Below, one piece after another: positions 34,842-46,800 of a stretch of DNA of 64,000 nt. Source of the stretch: Azolla caroliniana (taxonomy: Eukaryota; Plantae; Polypodiophyta); assembly GCA_043228905.1 (NCBI GenBank), contig JBHGNT010000022.1:2976001-3040000 (forward strand), in the 5' to 3' direction. Position 1 is the stretch's first letter. Each line of letters starts with the position of its first letter. The notes beneath the pieces are model-generated. The model saw only the letters and a program-made list of their open reading frames with translations. It did not search any database and was not told the DNA's origin. The translations under genes were made by a program, and so were the position numbers.

Positions 34842-37800
34842 CAAGAGATTTGAACAATAATAGAATACTCAAGAAGATGTATATTACAAAGGAGATTAAT
34901 CGACCTGATTACAAGTACGAGGAGAGTGCTTTATATAGTCACTCTCCCTCTTCATTAACTACCGAAGCTCATGGGTCATGGGGAATGTGAAAACTCATAT
35001 TCTATGACACATAGCTAATGTGTAGATAAGAGTGGTGACTTTTGACCTTTGAGTGCACACTCTCAAGGGTGTGTTCACACACTAGACTAGGTTGAGCTTG
35101 ATTCTCAACACCCCCTAAGAGAAACAAGAGACTGAGGAGTAGGAACAAGAGCAGTGGCTTGTCAAAGGAGGGGGAGCATCTGTTGGCGGTAGAGCCCCCC
35201 AAGTGGCACTATCCATGTTGGCAGGTTTCGAATGTACATCAATGGACGATTCTAGTGGGAGGCGAGGGTTACGCCCATAGAGTGCTTGAAAAGGGACGAC
35301 GTTGAGGACATCCTCCTGGAACTGGGGGCCCTGATCAGATAATAGTTGGACGGGGCTAGTAATGGAAAACGAGCTAACAATTGGCGGATAGAGATCAATC
35401 CCTCCGGTGGGTTGAGGGCCACCTGGACTTGGCTGAGGTGGGGGACATGAGGGCTATCGTGTCGGAGGGGGATCAGGGGAAGATCGATTGGCGGAGAAAG
35501 ATCAATCCCTCCTGTGGATTGAGGGCCATCTGAACTTGGTTGAGGTGGGGGACAGGAGGGCTAGAGGTGGATAGAGATCAATTGCTCTTGTGGACTAAGG
35601 GCCACTTGGACTTGGCTGAGGTGGGGGACAGGAGGGCTATCATGTAAGAGGGGGATCGGGGAAACTCGTGGGACAAGAAGTTAGTGGGCAACCTAAGGTG
35701 AGGGGGAAGAGGTGGATGCTTGGACGTGGGGGATTGGTACCCTGCTTCTCCACCAATATGTGAAATGCACATAAGAGATCAAAACCAACCTAGTTAGCTT
35801 CTTACTTCTTGCTCAATTTATAGTTGATACAAAAGTACCCATTTGGGTTGGCTTAGCTAAAAAAGGTGTGCTAAAAGGGTGGCACAAAGGAACACATACA
35901 CACCACAATATAGTTAGGTTTAAACTTTTTATTAAATGGCTCGGTTTGGTTTCAACTTTTGATTTAAATAGTTTGGTTCAATTTATAGTTGATACAAAGG
36001 TACCTACTTGGGTTGGCTTAGCTAAAAAGGGTGTGCTAAAAGGGTGGCACAAAGGAACACATGCACACCACAATATAGTTAGGTTTAAACTTTTTATTAA
36101 ATGGCTTGGTCTGGTTTCAACTTTTCTCTAAACGGTTTTGGTTTAAATAGTTTCGTTTACTTAAATAGTTTTCTTAAATGGTTTGGTTTAATGGCTTCAA
36201 AGTTCATAAACGGTTTAGTTTGGTTTTTGTTTTATATAAATGGTTTGGTTCAGTTCGGTTTGGTTTCAAGGCAAAGAAACCAAACCAAACCGAAACCAAA
36301 CAGGGCCTATTGCTAGTGCTTAGCTGCAAATATCTACATTTTTCTTATGAGCATGGAATGTTTTTGTGTTCTTAGCCAAATACTCGAGATAAAACCAGGG
36401 AACATTGGAGGTTTTACTAATTTGTTTCTATTTATATACTGTCTCCAAGCTGCGACAATTTTTCAGATGTAATCCCGTGTTCAGTCTCATGGGACACTTT
36501 GGCCTCTCAAGCAATATATTTTCCACCACCATCAAATTCCTTCTATATTGCAACTGTAGGGTTACTTTGGCTTGACTGAAACTTGCCCTCACCTCTTTTT
36601 TCTGAATTTGTGGAATCATCATATTTGTCGGGAGATCATAGATTTTACTCAGATGATGATTTATGCAGCCTGATTTTGTGCTGGTCTCAACATGGGTCCA
36701 TGATTCCACATGGGACACTTTGGCCTCTCAAGCAATATATTTTCCACCACCATCAAATTCCTTCTAGATTGCAACTGTAGGGTTACTTTGGCTTGACTGA
36801 AACTTGCCCTCACCTCTTTTTTTCTGAATTTGTGGAATCATCATATTTGTTGGGAGATCATAGATTTTACTCAGATGATGATTTATGCGGCCTGATTTTG
36901 TGCTGGTCTCAACATGGGTCCATGATTCCACATGTAGTAGATGAAGGCAGCACGAGGATTAGGGTTTAGGTCAAAAAACAGAGAGGGAGAGAGTCTGAGT
37001 GAGAGAGAGAGATGCACGCTGTCTTGGGTACAAAAGAGTGTACCTCTTTTTTTGGTTTTTAGATATTATGTATATACAACTCAAAAGTGTGCTACGAGTG
37101 CGTTCACACTCGTGTACTAATAAAAGGCACGATGGCCCTTTATTCCCAACAACCTCCCACCTAAAGGCAATGTGCCGTGAGAAGAAAAAAACAAAAAAAA
37201 AGTCAGCTAAGTCCAAGTATGTACAAAGCTGAACTACATACATACATCTATCCAACTCCCATCATCTATCGGCAATGAGCAAATCGCTTAGCTGGAAGAC
37301 CCTTCATGAGAAGATCTGCAGGATTATTATTTGTATGTACTTTGACAAGCTCAATGTTCTTGCTGTCAAGTACATCTCTGATGAAGTGATACTTCACCTC
37401 TATGTGCTTCGTCTTTGCATGAAAGAGGGATTTCGAGCTAGCATGATAGCACTCTGGCTGTCACAATGAAGAATAGGTAACTCTGTAATGCCAAGATCTC
37501 TCACTAGATATGAAAGCCATAAAGCCTCTTTTCATGCCTCAGTGGCAGCAACATACTCTGCCTTTGTAGTAGACAATGCAACACACTTCTGTAGTCTGGA
37601 GATCCAAGAGACCGCTCCTCCTGTGAAAGTAAACACATACCCAGAAGTAGACTTCCTGCAGTCTGCGTGACCTGCATAGTCCGCATCCGTAAAACCAACG
37701 ACAGATGCCTTTTGCTTTCCAAAGCAAATACACAAGTCCTTTGTGCTTTTGAGGTATCTCATAATACCTTTCACTGCTTCCCAATGCTTTTTGCCGGGAT

Positions 37801-40800
37801 TTGCCATATACCTACTAACCACTCCCACTGCAAAGGCAATATCAGGGCGTGTAGCAACCATCACATATATCAAACTGCCAACGGCAGAAGCATATGGAAC
37901 CTTAGCCATTTCAGCCTTCTCATCATCAGATGTAGGGCTGTCTTCTGCACTGAGTTTCAAATATGGAGGCAATGGAACCCCAATTGTTTCCCCCCCCTCC
38001 ATATTGAAACGCTGCAAAACCTTAGAGATATACTCCTGCTGAGATAGAAAGAGTACCCCTTTCGATCGGTTTCGGAGTATTCGCATGCCAAGGATGTGAT
38101 TTGCATCACCAAGATCCTTCATATCAAAGCTGCCATGAAGGCTTTGCTTCAATGAATTCAAGGCATGAACATCCTTGCCAGCAATCAACATATCATCAAC
38201 ATACAAAACCAAGATAATCAGGCTGCCATCTCCTGCCTTCTTGGTGTACAAGCAATGGTCCACTTGACTTCTACGAAAACCTTGAGACTGCATAAATGCA
38301 TCAAATTTATGATACCATTCTCTTGGTGCTTGTTTCAACCTATACAAACTCCTTTTGAGCTTACAAACCATCTTCTCTTTGCCTTTAGTGACAAAACCTT
38401 CAGGCTGTTGCATATATATGTCTTCATGCAGATCGCCATGTAAAAAGGCAGTCTTCACATCCATCTGTATGAGCTCCATATCTTCAGCTGCAACTAAACC
38501 CAAATGATTCTTAATGTAGTCATCTTGACTACAGGCAAGAAGATCTCATCAAAATCAACTCCATATTCCTGCTTGTATCCTTTTGCAACCAATCTTGCTT
38601 TGTACTTTGGCGAGGAATCAGAAATGACCTTCATTTTATAAACCCATTTGCATGGAAGTGTTTTCTGCCCTTTAGGCAATTGCACCAAATCCCAAGTATC
38701 ATTTTTCTCAAGAGATTCCATCTCTAACAACATGGCTTTATACCATTTCTTATTGTCCTGTCTGTCCATTGCTTCCTTGAAGCAAGTCGGTTCGCCACAA
38801 TCAGTTACCATGACATAATCAGCCACATTGTTTGCATCAGGAACAAATTTGTCAGGCTGTCTAGTAACTCTAGATGATCTCCTAACCCAATGCTCATTGT
38901 TTGGTAGCTGTTGAGCCTGCAAATCATCATTTTCAATTTGCAGTCCAGGCATTTCAGCCTGCAAATCAGCATTCACAGCTTGCTGTTCTAGCTGTTCCTG
39001 CACATTTGGTTGCTCATCATTATTGGCAAAGACTGGATGATCATTTCCAACCTCATTTTCTGCATTTGCAGGTAATTTTACAGCAGGTGTTTGCTGCTGT
39101 ACAGCGGGCACATTTTCCTGTCTAAAAGGTATTTCTTCTCAGAATACAACCCTACGTACTTCCTCAGTCTTTTCAGGTTGTTTATGCATGCGATTTTCCT
39201 GGAAGATAACATCATTGCTGCGTACTATTTTTCTTTTCTCGGGATCCCACAATCTATACCCCATTTCACCCTCGTCACCGTATCCTAGGAAAATACATTT
39301 GCAGGACTTTGGCTCAAGTTTGTTGCGTTGTTCTTTACGAATGTGCACAAAATCCTCACAGCCAAACACTCTCAAGTGAGCATATGAAGGTGGCTTGCCC
39401 GACCACGCTTCTTGGGGTATTCCCCCTCCCAAAGACCTGTTAGGTGACCGATTAATCAAGTGAACAGCTGTCATAACAGCCTCTGCCCAAAAACCATGGG
39501 GTAACACAGCATGAGACAGCATAGTACGGACCTTATCTTGAATAGTCCGATTCATACGCTCTGCAACTCCATTTTGGGGTGGATTATAAGGGGCAGTGAG
39601 TTCCCTCTTTATCCCTTTGCTGTCACAAAATGCTTGAAAAGCCTTGGACACATATTCCCCACCATTGTCAGAGCGAAGACACTTAAATGTCTTATCAATT
39701 TGATTCTCAACTAATGCCAAAAATGTTCGAAATTTGTCGAGCACTTTATCCTTGCTACGAATAGGGTAAACCCATACCTTCCGTGTAGCATCATTGACAA
39801 AAGTGACTAAGTATTTCTTCCCCCCTAATGATAGCCCTGGCATCTGACATACATCTGAATGTACTAACTCAAGCGGGGACGACTTCAGCGAAAGAGACTT
39901 TTTATGAGATGTTTGTACATGTTTACCATAAATGCAATGATCACAATGTTCAAAATCAGCATAATGAAGTCACGGCAAGTAACCCAAGCGAGAAAGTACT
40001 TTCATACCAGTTTCACTCATGTGTCCCAACCGGCCATGCCACAAAGAAACACTAGGCTGCTCGGTTATGGCAACAACATGGTCACTCACACTAGATACAT
40101 GGAGAGGATACAAAGTATCACTTTTACTATCCTTGGCAATAACTCTAGATCCCTTACAAATCTTCCATTTCCCATCACCAAAGGTTGTGTGAAATCCATC
40201 ATCATCTAGGTGTCCTGTGCTAATCAAGCTCTTCTTGAGCTGAGGTACATGCTGTACATGCTGAAGTGTGAAAGCAGAACCATGCTGAAACTGTAATTGC
40301 ACAGTGCCAATACCTGCAATTTCACATGCATAGTTGTCCCCAAGATGGACAACACCATGTCGACCCCCTATGTAATCTGAAAACCACTCACGATGAGGGG
40401 TGACGTGAAAAGAAGCACCTGAATCAAGTATCCAAGTGTGCATGTCACCATCCGTATCTGCAAGTAAAGTATGTTCTCTATGGCATGATGAAACAAAGAG
40501 TACATCATTTCCACTATCACTATCATGAGAGACTACATTCACCTCTTCACTTTTAGTATTGCCTTTCCTCAGTTGAATGTCTCTCTTTTCTTCTATGAAA
40601 TCATCTATCTTCTTGCCCTTTCCTTTCTCTTTCTTCCATTTGAAATAATCATGTTTAAAGTGACCCTTTTTGCCATAGTGATGGCATTCTACATCTTTAC
40701 CATGTGATTTACTACGGCCATAACTATCAGATTTGCCTCTTTGTTGTGACCTACCCCTCATATGCAACGCACTAGAGAACTTATTGGATGCATTATTTTG

Positions 40801-43800
40801 CCGACTCATCTCTTCCATGAGTAGAGAACTCTCTACATCGGCATAAAGAAGCATCGCATTTGAATTGCTCATAGCAGTCCTGAAAGTATCCCAACTTTCT
40901 GGCAAGGTGCAAAGTAAAAACGTGGCCTTAAACTCATCATCAATGATGAATTTCAAGGCAATCAACTGGCTGAAAACGGAATTGAACTCACTCATGTGAG
41001 TTGACATGGGTGTGCCCTCTATCATACGCAAATCCATAAGTTTCTTAAGCCAATAAACTTTGTTAGTTGCCGTCTTTTGGGCATACAGTTCCTCTAGTCT
41101 AATCCATATAGAATAGGCGGAGTCCAAACCTTCGATATTAAAAAGCAAGGCATCAGAAATCGACAACTCAATAGTCGAGTGTGCAAGCTCATTCAACTCT
41201 TGCCAATCATCTTCGTCCATATCTATAGGCTTTACCCCTTTGACTTTTATAGGCTTTGCATGCTTCTTTTGCAGCAGGATGTTGTAGCATTGCTTTTTCC
41301 AAACCGCAAAGTTATGTGCACCCTCAAGCTTCTTGATGTGCATAAGGTGGCTACTTTCTCTGTTGCTAGTCATGATTTTAGCCCAAACGGAGGACCAAAC
41401 TTGCACTGCAGAAAACGTGACCTGCTCTGCAGAAACCCTAAACTCTGCTCTGCAGAAACCCTAATCTCTGCTCTGCAGAAACCCTAATCTCTGCTCTGCA
41501 GAAACCCTAATCTCTGCTCTGCAGAAAAACCTAATCTCTGCTCTGCAGAAAAACCTAATCTCTGCTCTGCAGAAAACCTTAAACTCTACCTGCAGAAAAC
41601 CCTAAACTTTTCTCTGCATAAAACCCTAAACCTTGGCTCTGATACCAGTTTGAAGGCAGCACGAGGATTAGGGTTTAGGTCAAAAAACAGAGAGGGAGAG
41701 AGTCTGAGTGAGAGAGAGAGATGCACGCTGTCTTGGGTACAAAAGAGTGTACCTCTTTTTTTGGTTTTTAGATATTATGTATATACAACTCAAAAGTGTG
41801 CTATGAGTGCGTTCACACTCGTGCACTAATAAAAGGCACGATGGCCCTTTATTCCCAACAGTAGATGCCCTTTTGATGAGACTAGAAATTTCAAGCATTG
41901 TCTATCACTGTACAATCAAAATGATTTGACATGGCACAACACATCTCTTTTACTATCTTGGGAAGGTCTTCAAGAGATTTTGTTACTACCTTGGAATTAA
42001 GAAGATGATTTGCCTTCATAATTGTAACTAGCTTCTACTAGAGAAGGGCATTAGTCTATTTATCTTTTTATATTTGAATTTGGGCTGCAAAAATTAAGTT
42101 TTATTAAGCAAATACTTTGCATTTATTTTATAATTGTATTTTTTGAAGGTTTGGATTTGCTGCTCTTGGGAATCGTTGTATTCCACGTATGGATGGCACC
42201 ATACACCAAAGTGGAGGAAAGTTTCAATATTCAGGTTCGACAAGCCCAGAGGATATAAGAGAGTATTTGAGGGTTTAAAATATATATTTGACTATCATGC
42301 TGTGCTGAACACATGCTTACTTTTGTGTTATTACCTTGTTTTCACAATAGTCTTGAAGCTTAGGCTTGTCTCACTCATAATATCCCTCTCCTTATTGTTT
42401 GGCTTATGAAATGTTGCAATATAACTTCGAGTTTCAACTTTGTGATAGGTTTAAGGGGCTGATTGGTAGTGTAATCTTTATGTGAACAATATTTTGGGAC
42501 TATAGATGTGATTTTGAGTGGTTTGGAAATCCATTAAGCTGTATGTTTACAAAAAGCAGGAAAACTTATGGAACAAAACCTACAAGCAATAAAGAAATAT
42601 GGCCAATAGGATAGATGATTACATTTGGCTGTTCAGAATCTGACCCAATGGCTCAGAGAATTATGCCTTGGGAGGTCATAACACCATATCCCTACAACAC
42701 TGGTTAATGTTGGGTTACTCATGACATTATCAGCTAGTATTTTGAAGACATCATGTATTAAAAACATCTCTGAAGTTGTTAAGGCTTTTCTAGAAGCCAC
42801 GAAGTAAACGAAAAAAGCTTAGCTTTCTAAATTTTAGACACTTAATTAGTATTGGCAAGGTTGATTTGTGCCAATTCAGGTAAGCATCAGTGTAAAAGGA
42901 CATGGTAAACATGGTTTTTGGTAATATATATACTAGCACAGGCTGAGTGATAAGGAGAACAGTAGATTCAGCTTTTCTAGATTAATGTAATGTGGCACTA
43001 ACCCTGAACTTTTGGAAGATCAGTCTTGTTGATCTATAATCTGAGAATCATTTACTGATGCTTTTTAAGATATAGAAATAAATCAAAATATAGAATAGGC
43101 TGTAGAGCTTGCATAAATTTCAGGAGGATTAATGTAGCAGACAGATAATTGTAGTGCATGTGGTACACAATGTCATGTTATCCTTTTTATAAAGATTTTG
43201 TTTGTAGATAGTAACCTTGTGACATTTATTTTTGGCTTGGTGAAGTGTAGATCCTTTTTAAGTAAAGAATTTAATAGAACTTCCCCATCACTATTATGTA
43301 TGGACAGGCCATTCATGATATTTTATACCACAGGCATCAAATACATAAGGTAAGTATTTACCATTCTATGATTTGTTGATATTCTAGATTTTCTAGAACT
43401 GATTAACTTTTTTATTTCCTTTTGGATGTATGCCATTTGGTTATATTGATTTTCCATGTTTCAGTATGACCATCTGGCGTTTCCCGGAGTTGTGCCACGA
43501 ACTTTTATAGGTTTGCTCTGTTGCTTCCTATTGTACATCAAGGGTTTAAACTTAGTCTTATTTTTACAAGTGATTTAGGTAATCGTTCTCTTCATGTAAC
43601 CTAATCTTCTTGAGTTGCAAGAGTGGCTGCATAGAAGCAAGGTTATTTCATAGAACTTGATGCAAAAGACTTAATATTATAGATCTATATCCTCTCGAAG
43701 AGTGCCCATATGACACGGATGTGATTCATGTCATATAAGTCTCAAGGGCCAGAGTACATGCATGTACTAGAGTATGTGCATGGCATTGATGTAATCAAAT

Positions 43801-46800
43801 GTATAACATAACATGAGCCATGGCCCATGACCAACCAAGGTGAGGGAGGGTTGCAGGTTTCTTTTTATAGACAAAGTTTTCTTATGTTTGCAAGAGTTCT
43901 GACTTTGTAAAATGTTATAACTCCTGGTTCTTGAATAGTCTCTTTGCCAGTAAAAACCCGCTCTAGTTTCCCAAGATGTTTTTTAATTCATAAGACAATG
44001 GATGATGTATTTGAGCAGGTGCAATCATTGTTAGTCTTTTATCTTCACCATTTGTAATCATATCAACTATGTGGGACATTCCCAAGATTTTGAGCCTTGT
44101 AATTGGTAAGCAATATATTTTTCACAGAAATATTATTTGATTTTCTTATTACATCCAGTCAGCTTCGTGATCAACATTACATTTTTTTTAAATGATGATA
44201 GTACGCCTTATTCTTGGAGGTTTGGTGCTCAGTTCATTTTTCATGCTGCGCTTCCAGGTTCTTCTTCTTTGAATGGGATTGGTATTTTCTGGCTACCACT
44301 TATTGGAGTATAATATTAGCTAAATATTATCTACTGATTTGCAGATACGTAAATATTTTGGATTCTCCGTTTCCGTTGCTTATACAATACTTGCAATACT
44401 TCAGTTCCATCTACCCTTCTATATTACGAGGCCACTTCCAAACATTTTTGCACTGGCCATAGGTTAGTATTAGAAGTAAAAAGAAGTATAAGAGTAAAAA
44501 TAAATGTTGGTTGTCTTGATTATTGTTTTCTGAGTGTTAATATATCATTTGTCTTTGTCTTGTCAATGTACAGTAAACTTAGCCTTTGCAGCATGGATAT
44601 CTGGACAAGTACAAATAACTCTTGCATTTCTGGTACCATTTCATAGTTCAAGAATTTTATTGGACAATTTTTGTATGCTATTTAATTCTATACAATCACT
44701 TTGGGCTTGTTTGCTAGTGCATTCTATTGCTCTTGGTTTAGGTGCAATGTGTGGGATGTAGGAATAACATGAAAATGAGATCCCGTCTGTTAATGTGCAA
44801 CAATTCAGTTTCACTCTTGTACATCCAGGCTTAATGGCACTTCTTCTAAGTCTTGCCATCTGAAGATTTAGGGAAATCTTCTCATGCACAATCATGATGA
44901 TACTAGTATAAGAAAATGTTCCTTGGTCCCAACTGGATCCATGCTCAATTGCAAGAACAATGTCCTTTGATGTGGATGGGTATGGATTTTGGGATGTTGT
45001 GCAAAATGCACATCTTTGGATGAACATTCTATCTCACTAAAACATAAAGAACAGTATGGGATGAGTTTAACCGTGACCTTAATTTATTTATTTGAAGATA
45101 GCCGCACAGTAGCACATGTTGAACTTCGGATTGGTAAACCAATGTTCGAAATGTGTTGAAGCATGAGAAGTCCTCAACATATTTAAAATATACAGTAAGT
45201 GCATTTTTTCTGAAAGAAGTTTGTTTCTATTACAGACCCTCGCAGCTGTCATATTTAGATGTGATGTTGTATTATTGGCTTTACCAATTGGAGTTTCTCT
45301 GCTGCTGGTATTCTTTAAAAGGACAATATTCTATTAAGTTTTTTTTCTTCTCAGATTATATGCATGAATTGTGCTCATCATGTGTTTTTGATGTGTCAGG
45401 GGAGAGAAATCAAGATACAAAAGGCTCTAATTTGGTGTCTTGGCATCTTACTTCTAAGCATAGGTATTTAGCAATTTTATTAGTATATATGGGCATTTGA
45501 ATGTTTCATACTAGAAGAGATTGAGTTTGACTATTATGGTGACAACCCATTCGCATTCGGATATGCCAAATATTACCATTCTGAGACAATCCTGTGTGTT
45601 GCAACACGATAGGTAAAAGTCTTTGGATTATGTTTACAGTCATTCAAGATCCATCCGATTTGGAACATGTTCGGTGTCTTGATGCGGTGGGTCCAAAGGT
45701 GGAATAGAGAGAAAAGGAGAAAAAAGGGACAGCCACATAGATGTAAATATGTATATGTGAAAACAATAATATAATAACAAACAATAAATAAAGGCTGGAA
45801 TGTCTTTTTCTCCTTCATCGACGCTACCATAGTGAGTTGGCCGAGTTTGGTGGAGAGCAGTTGGGTTTCAGTTCGCTTGGTTGGGGAAGGACGCTCGAAG
45901 TGGCACGAGGACCCTATGTCGACAAGAAGTAGTGTAGCCATTGGCCGTAGGCAAGCCTTGTTGAAGACTACAAAGCTTAGATCCTTACCGTTAGCGTAAG
46001 CTTTGTAATCACATTGCAATCGCATTCTAAACTCTATTGTGAGGGGATTTCTTTGAGTCTTGATTAAGAACTTATTGTATTGAACAAGTGTAGTTAGCCC
46101 TAATCTGTGTTAATCACTTGAGTGCCACTGTGGTGTGTGTGAGAGAGAGTGAGGTCGAATTGTGGTATGGCGAAAACAGGAAGAGTTTCCTCGAGCTAGG
46201 GTTTTCCTCGAGCCTGGTATTCCTTGAACCAAGATTTCCACGAACCAGGAATTCCTCAAGCGAGAAGTTCTAGGAATTCCTAGAACCAGGTTTCCTTGAA
46301 TGTGGATTCCTCAGGCGAGGTGCTTCCTCAAAGTTGAAGTTTCCTTGAACCAAGATTCTTTGAATCAACTTTCCTGAAAGAGGTATTTCTCAAAAAGGGG
46401 AATTACTTGAGGGCTATCCACGAAGGTTTCTAAGTCTTCTCACACGGCATCACATCCTCCTTGGTCCAGGTCCCCCCGGTCCTGCTCAAATAGCACATAC
46501 ACGTGTGTTTACACAACTGCGTCTCTGAATGGGTTGAAGATTAGGTATATTGGTGTTAGAAATTTAGATATCACCACAGAAAATAGGTAGGTATAAGATA
46601 TATTGGGGATGCTTTCTATATAGATAATTCTGTTTCATTGTGGTTCTGCGCCAATTCAATCTTGTTGCAATGGTATCCTGAAGCAAAGTTTGATAATGCC
46701 CTTCTAGTTGTCTTTATTGTGAAATTCCCTGTTTATGACTGTAAAATTAAGCTTCTACTGCAGTCATTTTGTTTAAAAGAAGAGATTATATCCAATTAAT

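Larger units (their letters stand above)
32919..36315. mobile_element. Non-autonomous hAT element carrying nested retroelements
   Basis: TIR TAGCAATGGGCC / GGCCTATTGCTA, perfect 8-bp TSD GTGCTTAG (32911-32918 / 36316-36323), and AAACCG/TGGTTT subterminal repeats. Confidence 0.88.
36942..41860 (-). mobile_element. Full-length Ty1/copia element (Tnt1/Tork-like) in ALG12 intron 1, coding region disrupted
   Basis: 210-bp LTRs 36942-37151 and 41651-41860 (2 mismatches seen). Perfect TSD GTAGA, Met-PBS at 41635-41647 and PPT at 37152-37165. gag-PR (WILDSGAS), INT (SDNGGEY, NGVAER), RT ([15 protein letters not shown]) and RH (GFTDAD, AEY) lie in several frames. Confidence 0.96.
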
